Positions 1 to 9,873 are shown, counted from the first letter of the stretch. The stretch: 32,000 nt of DNA from Candidatus Methanoperedens sp. (GCA_041494705.1 JBGQBI010000005.1:1-32000), one strand, 5' to 3'. Translations and numbers: made by a program. The notes: a model not told the origin generated them from the sequence alone.

Positions 1-360
1 TATCAAAAACTGTTGCGGCAGTTTACACCGCATACACGTATGGCTTTGCCATACGTGGGTACTGCGCAAGCCGAAGTTTCGGCTTACAGAGAACTATTAC
101 AACTCTGTGCTCTCTGTGTGCTCTGTGGTCGATTATCCTTATCTGGATTCATTTACCCAGAAAAAATTAAAGATAGAGTTAAGAACCTAATTATTCAAAT
201 ATATTATTGTGAATAGTTTGCGTACTTGGCGCCTCGATGTGCGATTTTATTCACCAGAGAGAGCAAAGGCCGCAAACAAAATAAATTTACTTCGAAAAAA
301 GTTTAGAATATTATAATAACAAAAACACATTAAAATTTGTAAACAAAAAAGGAAAAATGA

Positions 361-1026
361 TTACGCGTTAACCAGAATTACATCATTTTGTTCGCGTAAT
401 GCATCTTTATTGTTATCGTTAAATGCCTCATATATCGATTGTGCCGCTTCTTCATGTGACGAAGCACCTGAAAACAGCATGTATATCGATGCCGGATACT
501 GCAATAATTTGCTTATTTTCTGGGGAGTTTTGTTATTTGCCAGAAATATGGCTATGAGATTGGCATAAAAACTATTGATTTCAGGATCTATTCCTGTAAT
601 TTGAATTGAAATATGGCTGCTTTCATTCCCGATATTTACCGAGATTGGCCAGTTAAGATAGGATATTTCCTCATTGATGACTTTATTCAGGCTGTTTATA
701 TCATAAACATTGATATTATGCGGTGCAAAGAGCTGTACCGCTTCATTAAGCGGTGGAAGATTACATGTCCTGTTTGTTAAAAGCCACCTGAACATTGTAA
801 GCGGGATTGTTACGCCGTAGATTCTGTTACGTGTCTGTTCCATGGCATGGTTCTTTTCTTTAAAAAGGTCCTTTGCAGTTTCAAGGCTTCCCATGTTTTC
901 GGTAACAAAACCTGTGAAATCTATTATGTCTCTCATCGCCGCAGAAAGGTTACCCTGATGTTTTTTAAGCAGCGGGTCAAGCATTTTCAAATGTGCGTCA
1001 CTTATAGATACATTTTTTCTTAGCAT
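361..1026 (-). CDS. Hypothetical protein with N-terminal ribbon-helix-helix (CopG/Arc-like) DNA-binding motif
   Basis: This is the ORF-track frame 361..1035. I prefer the ATG at 1026, which has GGTGG 5 nt upstream on the minus strand, over the GTG at 1035. The N-terminus MLRKNVSISDAHLKMLDPLLKKHQGNLSAAMRDIIDF shows a strand-helix-helix pattern. The remaining ~180 aa are unrecognised. The gene looks AT-richer than the core genes. Confidence 0.5.
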   Translation of the reverse strand: MLRKNVSISDAHLKMLDPLLKKHQGNLSAAMRDIIDFTGFVTENMGSLETAKDLFKEKNHAMEQTRNRIYGVTIPLTMFRWLLTNRTCNLPPLNEAVQLFAPHNINVYDINSLNKVINEEISYLNWPISVNIGNESSHISIQITGIDPEINSFYANLIAIFLANNKTPQKISKLLQYPASIYMLFSGASSHEEAAQSIYEAFNDNNKDALREQNDVILVNA

Positions 1027-1223
1027 ATTTTCCACCTTTTTGAATTTGATATCATGAGGTCGATGAGGTTGTGGAAGTTATTGCTATCTGAAGTCCATTT
1101 CCTCATCACATCATCATGATTATAAGCATCATAATACACTATACTATTTAAAACTTTCTCATTTTTTTGGGAAAAATATATATGTAAGTTTCTACAACCA
1201 ATATACAAATATAAGGTGGAATT

Positions 1224-1382
1224 ATGTGTTGTAGTCAAAAAATGGCAGGTTATGTACTGTACGCAATAGGAATAATTGGCGGTGTGGAAGGCGCAACGGT
1301 AAGGAATGCATACAGTATTCCCATAAGCGTGATAGCCTTAATCGTGATAGTAGCTGGAAGCTATTTGATCGACAAGAAGTAA
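1224..1382 (+). CDS. Small (52 aa) predicted membrane protein, below the ORF-track size cutoff
   Basis: ATG at 1224 is preceded by AAGGTGGA (1213-1220). Translation is MCCSQKMAGYVLYAIGIIGGVEGATVRNAYSIPISVIALIVIVAGSYLIDKK, ending at TAA 1380-1382. It has two hydrophobic segments. It runs divergent to the RHH gene. Confidence 0.4.
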   Translation: MCCSQKMAGYVLYAIGIIGGVEGATVRNAYSIPISVIALIVIVAGSYLIDKK

Positions 1383-1500
1383 TAATTTGAAAAACCGTTT
1401 ATTTTTTTCAAGACAAGTTTGATTTGCGTAATACACAAACTTGTGAATTTTTTCCAATAATTTAATTACTCTCCCCGACCATCAGAATAGGGTGATACTT

Positions 1501-2550
1501 ATGAGCGATTTAAAAGACCTTTTGGAACGATTATCCAATGCCCACGGCGTTTCGGGATATGAAGGAAGCGTCAGGCAGATTATTGAAGATGAAGTGAGAC
1601 CTTACGTGGATGAGATAAAAACCGATAAAATGGGGAATCTCATTACCACAAAGAATGGCGGCTCTCCTGCAGTCATGCTCGCCGCACACATGGACGAGAT
1701 TGGACTTATGGTGAAATATGTTGATGACAAGGGTTTTGCACGATTTACAAAAACAGGCGGATGGTTTGACCAGACGCTCCTTAACCAGAGGATGATACTG
1801 CATACTGAGAACGGAATGATTTACGGCGTGCTCGGTTCAAAGCCTCCTCATGTCATCAAAGAGGAGGAGAAGAACAAAGTGATTAAAGCAGATGATATGT
1901 TCATAGATTTCGGCGCAACGAGCAAAGAAGATGCAGATAGGCTTGGCGTGAAAGCGGGGACACCCGTGACCTCAGACACGGCGTTCAAATCACTCGGAAA
2001 TGATAAAGTAACAGGCAAGGCTTTTGACAACCGGGCAGGATGTGTAATGCTTATTGAAGCCCTGCGGCAGATGAAAGACGTCAAAGCAACAGTACACGCG
2101 GTTTTTACGGTTCAGGAAGAGGTTGGATTAAAGGGAGCGAAAACCTCAGCTTTCGGATTAAACCCTGATGTTGCCCTTGCCACCGATGTTACCATTACGG
2201 GCGACCATCCCGGTATTGAGAAAAAAGATTCAGCCATCGAGATGGGAAAAGGACCTTCTGTTACCGTAAGCGATGCCGATGGGCGTGGAATAATAGTCCC
2301 GGAGCCGGTATTGAAATGGTTAAAAGAAGCCGCCGAGTCAAACGGTATACCCTACCAGCTTGAGGTTGGAAGCGGGGGAACCACTGACGCATCCGCAATA
2401 CACCTGACGCGTGAAGGTATCCCGACAGGGGTTATCAGCATGCCATCACGATACATCCATACGCCTGTATCAGTATTGAGCATGTCTGACCTTGAAAAGA
2501 GCGCAGAATTAATCGCAAGGGCAGTTGAAATTGTGGATAGGTTTTTCTAA
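1501..2550 (+). CDS. M42 family metallo-aminopeptidase (TET/FrvX/'endoglucanase'-like)
   Basis: Family-typical motifs include LSNAHGVSGYEG, AAHMDEIGLMV, FDNRAGC, FTVQEEVGLKGA and SRYIHTP. I chose ATG 1501, with GGTGAT at 1491-1496, over the track GTG at 1492. Confidence 0.85.
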   Translation: MSDLKDLLERLSNAHGVSGYEGSVRQIIEDEVRPYVDEIKTDKMGNLITTKNGGSPAVMLAAHMDEIGLMVKYVDDKGFARFTKTGGWFDQTLLNQRMILHTENGMIYGVLGSKPPHVIKEEEKNKVIKADDMFIDFGATSKEDADRLGVKAGTPVTSDTAFKSLGNDKVTGKAFDNRAGCVMLIEALRQMKDVKATVHAVFTVQEEVGLKGAKTSAFGLNPDVALATDVTITGDHPGIEKKDSAIEMGKGPSVTVSDADGRGIIVPEPVLKWLKEAAESNGIPYQLEVGSGGTTDASAIHLTREGIPTGVISMPSRYIHTPVSVLSMSDLEKSAELIARAVEIVDRFF

Positions 2551-2593
2551 TAGGAAGCGTATTTTAAAAGCTCACACTGAATCCGGTGATACA

Positions 2594-4103
2594 ATGAACA
2601 GAAGGGATTGCTTTATTTAACGATATAAAAATACTGGACACCACTCTCAGGGACGGCGAACAGACACCCGGAGTATCACTCACTACTGAAAACAAGCTTC
2701 TGATAGCAAAGAAGCTTGACGGTCTGGGTGTGGATATTATAGAGGCTGGTTCTGCCATTACCTCAGAGGGTGAGCGGGAAGCTATTAAAAAAATAGCTGG
2801 CGAAGGTTTGAATGCTGAAATATGCAGCTACTGCCGTATCCGCAAGGAAGATATCGACAGCGCCCTTGGCTGCGATGTGGATTCCATCCATCTTGTAGTA
2901 CCTGTATCAGACCTCCATATCCAGCAAAAATTGAAAAAAGACCGCGATACAGTACGCTCGCTTGCTGTTGAAATGACAGAGTATGCAAAATCACACGGGT
3001 TAATCGTGGAGTTAAGCGGTGAAGATGCATCCCGGGCTGACCTTGATTATCTCAAATCGGTATATAACGCCGGAATCGATGCAGGCGCTGACAGGCTGTG
3101 TTTCTGCGATACGGTAGGGATTCTACTTCCTGAAAGAACGTACGAGATTTTTAGCGACCTGTCACAGCTTCGCGCTCCAATCAGTGTCCACTGCCACGAT
3201 GATTTCGGGATGGCTACAGCAAACACGGTTTCAGCGCTCCGGGCAGGCGCGCGTGAAGCACATGTTACCATTAATGGCATCGGGGAACGCGCAGGAAATA
3301 CTTCGCTTGAAGAAGTGGTCATGGTGCTTTATTCATTATATAAGCAAAAAACAAAAATCGATATAAAAGGTTTATACACCACCTCACGGCTGGTGAGCAG
3401 GTTAAGCGGAATCCCGGTAGCTCCAAACAAAGCCATAGTTGGCGGAAACGCTTTCACTCATGAGGCCGGCATCCACGTTCACGGACTACTTGCAAATACA
3501 GCTACTTACGAACCCATCACGCCCGAACTTGTGGGAAGGGAACGGAGGATAGTGCTCGGTAAGCATGCAGGCAGGACCTCGGTTGTGCTTGCGTTAAAGG
3601 AGTTTGGACTTTCTGCAAGTGAAAAACAGATAGATGACATAGTCATAAGGATGAAAGAACTCGGCGACAAAGGAAAACGTGTAACCGATGCAGACCTACA
3701 GACCATTGCAGAGACGGTGCTTGGGATTTACCAGGAAGCCAAGATCAAACTTGAGGAACTCACCGTCGTAGCCGGAAATACTGTGATGCCCACCGCCTCT
3801 ATAAGGCTGAAGGTCAATGGAAACCATGTCGTTGAAGCAGGCGTGGGAACAGGACCTGTTGACGCTGCCATCAATGCGCTGAAAAAGGCCTTATCGGGTG
3901 TAGCCGACATCCAACTTGATGAATATCATGTGGATGCGATTACGGGCGGGACTGACGCCTTGGTCGAGGTCTGGGTAAAGCTCAGTAAGGGCGGCAGGAC
4001 CATCACAGCCCGCGGCGCGCGCACTGATATTATAATGGCGTCCGTCGAAGCTGTGCTTGAGGGCATAAACAGGCTGATGCAGCAGGAACAGAAGAAAAGT
4101 TAG
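2594..4103 (+). CDS. cimA: (R)-citramalate synthase / 2-isopropylmalate synthase family (CimA-like), with a 5' frame discontinuity
   Basis: The protein resembles the M. jannaschii CimA sequence as I remember it along most of its length ([43 protein letters not shown], and a C-terminal LeuA-dimer-like region). The catalytic N-terminal motif [21 protein letters not shown] is encoded at 2622-2684, in frame with 2730..4103. An in-frame TGA lies at 2595-2597. The SD-linked ATG at 2594 is in another frame (MNRRDCFI, then TAA at 2618). See the finding. Confidence 0.8.
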
Positions 4104-4143
4104 GAAATATTTATAAAACATTAATATGTGTTAATGGTGAATC

Positions 4144-5823
4144 ATGACAAAACAAAAAATGCCAGGTGCAAGAGCGGTCATAGAATCACTTTACTGTGAG
4201 GAAGTCGAGGTATTATTCGGCTATCCCGGCGGACAGGTGCTGCCCCTGTACGATGAACTCTATGACGCAGACATAAGGCACATACTTGTAAGGCACGAGC
4301 AGGCAGCTGCGCATGCAGCCGATGGATTCGCAAGAGCCACTGGGAAAGTTGGCGTATGCCTTGCAACTTCCGGGCCGGGCGCGACAAACCTCGTCACAGG
4401 TATCGCCACAGCTTATATGGATTCTGTACCCATAGTTGCAATAACCGGGCAGGTGCCGCGCTCGCTCATTGGTAACGACGCGTTCCAGGAAGCCAATATC
4501 ACGGGTATAACCCTCCCGATTACCAAGCATAATTACCTCGTGCAGGATACCAAAGACATCCCCAGGATATTCAAGGAAGCATTCTATATCGCCCGAACGG
4601 GCAGACCGGGTCCGGTGCTTATAGATATACCCAAAGATACCCAGATTGAGGTAATCGATTTCGAATACCCGGAAAAAATAGAACTGCGGGGATACAAACC
4701 CACTTATGCCGGGAACGAACAGCAGATAAAAAAAGCAGCCTCACTCATCCTAAAAGCTGAAAAGCCTATATTATATGTTGGGGGTGGCATCATATTTTCA
4801 AACGCGACCGAAGAGCTGCGCGCCCTTGCCGAGGGCATAATGGCGCCGGTCACGACCACTCTCATGGGAATGAGCGCGTTCCCGTCAGCCCATCCTCTCT
4901 CGGTAGGAATGCTGGGCATGCATGGAACAAGGTATGCTAACTATGCAGTCCAGGAATCCGATTTGATAATAGCGGTCGGAGTACGCTTTGATGACCGCGT
5001 TACAGGCAAGATTTCAGCGTTTGCCCCCAACGCAAAAATAATCCATATAGATATCGACCCTGCTGAAATAGGGAAGAATGTCCGCGTTGATGTCCCGATA
5101 GTCGGGGATGCGAAGAATGTATTGAAAACCTTGCTTAAATATGTGAAACAGGAACAGGTAAAAACCGATGCATGGAATAAGAAGATAGCGGCATGGAAAA
5201 AAGAATTTCCTCTTACTTACAAGAAGGACAAACTCCTCCGGCCGCAATTCGTAGTTGAACAGATAAGCGAGATATGCCCTGATGCGGTCGTAGTCACCGA
5301 AGTCGGGCAGAACCAGATGTGGGCAGCACAGTTCTTCAATTTCAGGAATCCGCGCACATTCATCTCAAGCGGCGGCCTTGGCACCATGGGATACGGATTC
5401 CCTGCTGCGATGGGAGCAAAAGTAGGAAAACCCGAATCCACAGTCATAGACATTGCAGGAGACGGTTCGTTCCAGATGAATTCACAGGAGCTGGCCACGG
5501 TTGTCCAGAACGATATTCCTGTAATCGTGGCAATACTGAACAACGGATTCCTCGGTATGGTGAGGCAGTGGCAGGAATTGTTCTTTAACAGGCGGTATTC
5601 ACAGACATGTCTTGAGAGCAGCGTTGATTTCGTGAAACTGGCCGAAGCTTACGGTGCGCTGGGACTGCGCGCGACAAAGAAGAACGATGTGAAGGATGTT
5701 ATAGAGGAAGCCGTGAAATCCGGGCGCCCGACGGTAATTGATTTTGTGGTAGAGAAGGAAGAAAACGTCTCCCCGATGGTTCCTGCCGGCGCTGCTATCA
5801 ACGAAATACTGGATCTGGAGTGA
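4144..5823 (+). CDS. ilvB: Acetolactate synthase (acetohydroxyacid synthase) large catalytic subunit, ThDP-dependent
   Basis: 559 aa. It has the GYPGG N-terminus, the SGPGATNL motif, the ThDP motif GDGSFQMN...NNG, and MVRQWQ. GGTGA precedes the ATG. ilvN follows immediately. Confidence 0.95.
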   Translation: MTKQKMPGARAVIESLYCEEVEVLFGYPGGQVLPLYDELYDADIRHILVRHEQAAAHAADGFARATGKVGVCLATSGPGATNLVTGIATAYMDSVPIVAITGQVPRSLIGNDAFQEANITGITLPITKHNYLVQDTKDIPRIFKEAFYIARTGRPGPVLIDIPKDTQIEVIDFEYPEKIELRGYKPTYAGNEQQIKKAASLILKAEKPILYVGGGIIFSNATEELRALAEGIMAPVTTTLMGMSAFPSAHPLSVGMLGMHGTRYANYAVQESDLIIAVGVRFDDRVTGKISAFAPNAKIIHIDIDPAEIGKNVRVDVPIVGDAKNVLKTLLKYVKQEQVKTDAWNKKIAAWKKEFPLTYKKDKLLRPQFVVEQISEICPDAVVVTEVGQNQMWAAQFFNFRNPRTFISSGGLGTMGYGFPAAMGAKVGKPESTVIDIAGDGSFQMNSQELATVVQNDIPVIVAILNNGFLGMVRQWQELFFNRRYSQTCLESSVDFVKLAEAYGALGLRATKKNDVKDVIEEAVKSGRPTVIDFVVEKEENVSPMVPAGAAINEILDLE

Positions 5824-5828
5824 ATTAA

Positions 5829-6329
5829 ATGAAACATACACTTGCCGTGCTTGTTGAAAACAAACCGGGCGTACTGACAAGGGTTGCAGGTTTATTCTCA
5901 AGGCGCGGATTTAACATCGAAAGCCTGGCTGTCGGGGTGACCGAGAACGCCGATACCTCGCGCATAACAATCGTTGTCAGCGGCGATGACCATGTCCTTG
6001 AGCAGGTTGAAAAACAGCTTAACAAGCTCATCGATGTAATCAGGGTCAGCGATATCCCGCCGGATGAATCGGTAAGCAGGGAGCTTGCGCTCATAAAAGT
6101 CGGGGTGGATTCCACGACACGCGCAGAAGTGATGCAGATAGTGGACGTGTTCAGGGCAAAGATAGTTGATGTCGGCATAAAATCGCTCGTGATCGAGGTC
6201 ACGGGCGACGAGGGGAAGATAAATGCCATGGAGCAGTTGCTGCGCCATTTCGGGATAAAAGAGATGGTGAGAACGGGCAAGATTGCTATGAACCGCGGCG
6301 CGAAGGTTGTGCAGGTTGAGAAGAGATAG
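5829..6329 (+). CDS. ilvN: Acetolactate synthase small (regulatory, ACT-domain) subunit
   Basis: The N-terminus MKHTLAVLVENKPGVLTRVAGLFSRRGFNIESLAVG is the canonical ACT-domain start of IlvN/IlvH. The gene begins 5 nt after the ilvB stop. Confidence 0.9.
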   Translation: MKHTLAVLVENKPGVLTRVAGLFSRRGFNIESLAVGVTENADTSRITIVVSGDDHVLEQVEKQLNKLIDVIRVSDIPPDESVSRELALIKVGVDSTTRAEVMQIVDVFRAKIVDVGIKSLVIEVTGDEGKINAMEQLLRHFGIKEMVRTGKIAMNRGAKVVQVEKR

Positions 6330-6358
6330 CTTTGTGAAAACGCCAGTTTAAACAGCGC

Positions 6359-6793
6359 TCAAAGTTTTCCGATATCTTCATTCCATAGCAGAGGATGGTT
6401 CCGTATGAACCCCCTCATCAATTGCTTGCATTCATCAATGTTCAAATCCACGACCAGAACGCCATGCGATTCCATAAATTCCCTGGCGCCTGCGAAGGTC
6501 TCGGATTCTCCCACGATAACTTTCTTAATTCCGAACTGGACAATCGCCCCGGCGCAAAGATAGCAGGGCATCAATGTGGAATAAAGAATAGTCCCGCTGT
6601 ATCTGCCGATTCTTCCGGCATTACGGAGGCAATCAATTTCCGCATGCATTATCGGGTCATTATCCTGAACGCGCCTGTTATGCCCTCTCCCTACAATCTT
6701 CCCATCCTTCACAAGGATAGAACCGATTGGAATTCCGCCCTCACGTAATCCCTTTTTGGCTTCTTCAATAGCTGCTTCAATGTAGACATCCAT
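6359..6793 (-). CDS. Cytosine deaminase of the yeast Fcy1 type (CMP/dCMP-deaminase zinc-binding fold)
   Basis: It has the zinc motifs HAE (MHAEIDC) and PCxxC (MPCYLCAGA). Overall it resembles Fcy1 (GGIPIGS...GRGHN...TLY.TL.PC..C.GAI...GI...V.GE), including the C-terminal W.EDIG. Confidence 0.7.
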   Translation of the reverse strand: MDVYIEAAIEEAKKGLREGGIPIGSILVKDGKIVGRGHNRRVQDNDPIMHAEIDCLRNAGRIGRYSGTILYSTLMPCYLCAGAIVQFGIKKVIVGESETFAGAREFMESHGVLVVDLNIDECKQLMRGFIRNHPLLWNEDIGKL

Positions 6794-6821
6794 AACTGCT
6801 TCTCTTCGATATTTGCCAAAG

Positions 6822-7079
6822 TTATCGCTTGAATGCTAATTTATACACCGCAAATGTGAGTATCAGATAGCCAAGCATTCTGATTATGAAAACACTTTCC
6901 AGTGTTCTTCCAAGACCGAGAAGTGTAATAATATACGAGATACCAAATAACAAGAAGGCCATACTAACATACAAAGGCACCTTATCCTGGCTTTTCTTAT
7001 AACTCCAATAACCCACGACTATTATTACGATATTGAACGTCAAACCTAATGCATTGACAGGGTCCCATATAATTGCCAT
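6822..7079 (-). CDS. Small 3-TM membrane protein (paralog A)
   Basis: 85 aa, three hydrophobic helices. AGGGAGGTGATAAGA sits directly upstream on the minus strand. It is clearly paralogous to 7118..7378 (MA[IF]IWDP...GYW.YKKS.D.VPLYV..AF.LFG.S...TL.G......V.II...YLI..FAVYK.AFKR). Confidence 0.7.
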   Translation of the reverse strand: MAIIWDPVNALGLTFNIVIIVVGYWSYKKSQDKVPLYVSMAFLLFGISYIITLLGLGRTLESVFIIRMLGYLILTFAVYKLAFKR

Positions 7080-7117
7080 TTCTTATCACCTCCCTCTGAT
7101 TTATTTATTGTCCCTAT

Positions 7118-7378
7118 CTATCGCTTAAATGCTATTTTATACACAGCAAATATAACTATCAGATAGGCAAGCGTCCTGATTATTATTAACACACTTACTA
7201 AACTTTGCGTAAAGCCGAAAAGTGTTGCAAGATGCGAGACGCCAAAGAGCCCGAAGGCTATACCGACATAAAGAGGCACGTTATCGCTGCTCTTTTTATA
7301 GCCCCAATAGCCCAGGACCAGTATTATGACGCTGAGCACCAGATTTACCGCGGTTATCGGATCCCATATAAATGCCAT
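7118..7378 (-). CDS. Small 3-TM membrane protein (paralog B)
   Basis: 86 aa with AAGGAGGTGATGAG upstream. It is a tandem paralog of 6822..7079. Confidence 0.7.
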   Translation of the reverse strand: MAFIWDPITAVNLVLSVIILVLGYWGYKKSSDNVPLYVGIAFGLFGVSHLATLFGFTQSLVSVLIIIRTLAYLIVIFAVYKIAFKR

Positions 7379-7393
7379 TTCTCATCACCTCCT

Positions 7394-7984
7394 TTAATTC
7401 CAATAATTCCTGACATATAATCCCGATTTTTTAATGTGGGGCGTAATGTATCGCAGCAGCAACGGGGTAATCACAATTGTTACTATTATATTGGGGATAA
7501 GCCAGCCCGCAAATATTCCAGGCGCATTATTCCATGAGATAATCCCGCCAAGGGCAAGCGTACTTGCACCCCAGCCAGCCCCGGCAATATTATTTAACAC
7601 CACGCCAAAAACCAGGAATATTAAAAAGTCCCTTTTTGTTGTAAGACCTGCATCAGCACCTGATATCCTGAAAGCTACCAGTGGTATCAAAACCTGCCAG
7701 AGATCAGCCAATGACCAATAGGCATTGACGCCGGGTTGCAGACCTGTGCTCATCCCGGCTCCTATAAAACATCCAATATATGCTGCAATTGCTCCCCACA
7801 TCCCGAACCATAGCGAAAAGGCAATCATAAATGCAACTGCAAAGTATAATCCGGAAACTCCCGGGGCAATCTGCCAGGTAATTACGGCATAACGTGACAA
7901 AAGTGAGTTTATTATAGTAATTATTATTAAAATTATCAGATAAGTATATAATGACTTTTGTTTCTGATTACCCCCAATATTCAT
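7394..7984 (-). CDS. Polytopic membrane protein, possibly an ECF-transporter S-component-like substrate-capture protein
   Basis: It has 5-6 hydrophobic segments rich in G/A/W (GMWGAIAAYIGCFIGAG, NNIAGAGWGAS). I used ATG 7984 rather than the track GTG 7993. The function call rests only on a loose resemblance to the ECF S / vitamin-uptake fold. Confidence 0.5.
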   Translation of the reverse strand: MNIGGNQKQKSLYTYLIILIIITIINSLLSRYAVITWQIAPGVSGLYFAVAFMIAFSLWFGMWGAIAAYIGCFIGAGMSTGLQPGVNAYWSLADLWQVLIPLVAFRISGADAGLTTKRDFLIFLVFGVVLNNIAGAGWGASTLALGGIISWNNAPGIFAGWLIPNIIVTIVITPLLLRYITPHIKKSGLYVRNYWN

Positions 7985-8207
7985 TCTTACCACTCCACAT
8001 TATATGGGATTCCACATAAAACTCATCCCTTGACATCCCAATTTTAATATTATTGTTTATGGTTAATAAGACTTTGTTTTATGTTTTACTAATATACCCG
8101 ATTGTGCGGGAAAGCGAAGTTGAATTACCTTAATCAGGCCTTTAATGCCTTCTGCTTTACCAGATAAAATCGAAAGAGTTAATTATTCAAAAATTACCTT
8201 GCGCGCC

Positions 8208-8795
8208 ATGAGGAATTTCAAGGTGGATGAGTATGCGGTTTCGCCTGTTGTCGGCGTGATACTGATGGTGGGAATGACTGTGATTATGGTTTCAGCCGTG
8301 GCTGTGTCTGTATTTGCATTCTCGATTCCTGAGAGCGCGCCGCATGCTAAGATTGTGGTGGTGGAGGCGAGGGGAGATATGGATGATGATCTGCATGAGA
8401 ATAAAATAGTGCTAAAACATAAAGGTGGGGATGCCTTAAATGAGAACAATACTAAAATTATCATCACAGGAAAAGGATGTGCATATACAGGGAATATGTC
8501 GTCATGTCTCCTAAAAGATATGCGAGCCACTTATGGAGATTTAACCGGAGAGAATTATTATCATAACGGAACTGATTTCACTTTAAAACAAATAGTAAGT
8601 GGCACTTCATGGGATGCTGGGGAACAAATAGAACTTTATGGACGAGATGGAGTAGATTTAGATTATAGCGATACGCGCAATACTGTCGATAGTAAATGGA
8701 AAATAGATGCAGGCTCTACAGTTTCAGTGACAATAATAGACACCATTACAAATCAAGTAATAGCAACCTCAAGGCTTACTGTAAAACACCCATAA
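8208..8795 (+). CDS. Archaeal type IV pilin-like protein (DUF1628 class-III signal peptide N-terminus)
   Basis: MRNFKVDEYAVSPVVGVILMVGMTVIMVSAVAVSVFAF matches the archaeal prepilin N-terminal pattern (charged leader, AVSPV.GVILMV hydrophobic helix). I prefer ATG 8208 to the track start at 8145. Confidence 0.7.
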   Translation: MRNFKVDEYAVSPVVGVILMVGMTVIMVSAVAVSVFAFSIPESAPHAKIVVVEARGDMDDDLHENKIVLKHKGGDALNENNTKIIITGKGCAYTGNMSSCLLKDMRATYGDLTGENYYHNGTDFTLKQIVSGTSWDAGEQIELYGRDGVDLDYSDTRNTVDSKWKIDAGSTVSVTIIDTITNQVIATSRLTVKHP

Positions 8796-8801
8796 ACCTG
8801 T

Positions 8802-8930
8802 TCAAACCCTCGCCGTATCCTCACTCCCGCACTGAGGGCACGGTATCGGGATGAAGTTCGGGTCTGCTTCGAATTCGAAGCTGCAAACCATGCATCTGAA
8901 GAATACGGCAGACTGGTTTAACTCTTCCAT
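8802..8930 (-). CDS. Zinc-ribbon miniprotein (42 aa, CxxC...CxxC)
   Basis: This ORF is not in the track. Translation is MEELNQSAVFFRCMVCSFEFEADPNFIPIPCPQCGSEDTARV. It starts 7 nt after the upstream aminopeptidase stop on the same strand. Two CxxC knuckles are spaced 14 aa apart. Confidence 0.5.
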   Translation of the reverse strand: MEELNQSAVFFRCMVCSFEFEADPNFIPIPCPQCGSEDTARV

Positions 8931-8936
8931 AATATA

Positions 8937-9872
8937 TTAATCGTTATAACTTAATATAAATCTTTCGTTATCCACAAAAAGTAGAGGCTTGGTGATAATC
9001 CCGTCAAGATGAATCCCGGCTATCACATCCCCGCCAAAAGTGCTGTTATCCCCGAGAGCTATATGCACCGTGCCTCCAACTTTCTCATCCTCAAGGACAT
9101 TCCCGATAAGCCGCGCTTCCGGGTTGATTCCTATACCGAATTCAGCGATGTTGCGCGCTTTCTCTCCCACTTTATCAAGAATAGTTTTCAATTTCTCAGC
9201 GTGTTTGCCCTTGATACCAGTCACATACCTGTTCCTGACAGTGAACTCAAGGGTTGAATCAAGAAGCCCGAATCCACTCATGGAACCGTCAACCACGAAA
9301 ACGCCGTTTGCATCCTTTGGCGCAATATACAACTCTCCTGCTGGAAGATTGGTGCTGCGCCCTTTTTCATGGCAGAGCCCCGTATCCGTCATCCATTTAC
9401 ATCCTTCAAGGTCAAATGTAATATCCGTGCCTGAATCCGTAACAACTCTTACTTTCCGGGTTTTCTCAAGCCGACTGTACAATCCAATAGCGATTTCATT
9501 GACCTTAGTATAATCCGCGGTCATCCCGCCTGAATTCATCATTTTCTCTGTGATTCCAGGCATGGAAGCAATCCGCGCACCTTTTTTGCAGGCATTTATT
9601 TTTGCCTGTGTGTGGGTTAGTGAAAAAGTAGTCGGGGCGACCACAACATCTGCATTCTTCATTGCTTCAGCTATCACAGGAGGAAGCTCTTCCCCGTGGC
9701 GCGTTCTTGGAAGCACGGTCATAATCATTACCTCGCATCCAAGGTTTTTGGCAGCTTCGAATAAACTCCTGCCTATGGATATTGGAGTGGAGGTATCCAC
9801 TACGATAAGAACGCTTTCCCCGCGTTTTACTCCCATGCATTCCATTACCTTGCGTGCGCCTTGAGTTGTCAT
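8937..9872 (-). CDS. M29-family (AmpS / aminopeptidase T-like) aminopeptidase
   Basis: Motifs NLPAGELY, VDGS and EDEKVGGTVHIALGDN match M29 signatures. I use ATG 9872 (MTTQGARKV...), because the track's 50-aa N-terminal extension runs through the 3' end of the upstream leuC/hacA gene. Confidence 0.7.
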   Translation of the reverse strand: MTTQGARKVMECMGVKRGESVLIVVDTSTPISIGRSLFEAAKNLGCEVMIMTVLPRTRHGEELPPVIAEAMKNADVVVAPTTFSLTHTQAKINACKKGARIASMPGITEKMMNSGGMTADYTKVNEIAIGLYSRLEKTRKVRVVTDSGTDITFDLEGCKWMTDTGLCHEKGRSTNLPAGELYIAPKDANGVFVVDGSMSGFGLLDSTLEFTVRNRYVTGIKGKHAEKLKTILDKVGEKARNIAEFGIGINPEARLIGNVLEDEKVGGTVHIALGDNSTFGGDVIAGIHLDGIITKPLLFVDNERFILSYND

Positions 9873-9873
9873 A

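Noticed and set aside
1-275. - A GC-rich structured stretch lies at the window start, with hairpins at 35-57 (9-bp stem) and 68-85 (7-bp stem) and a CTCTGTG-type repeat.
- A GCAAAGG(C)CGCAAA motif recurs at 25385-25412 (GCAAAG three times), and TTTGCGnACTTnGCGCCT is similar on the opposite strand.
   Set aside because: - There is no tRNA, rRNA or known ncRNA signature.
- The 67-aa ORF at 13..216 has no SD site and an implausible composition.
- The shared motif is short and low in complexity.
- Both regions lie downstream of genes, so terminator-type structure is the simplest reading.
1020-1238. A 72-aa minus-strand ORF lies upstream of the RHH gene.
   Set aside because: - It overlaps the RHH gene start and the SD-supported small plus-strand ORF at 1224.
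- Its composition is AT-rich intergenic, with a TATA-like ATATATAT.
- It has no SD site.

It is most likely the divergent promoter region.
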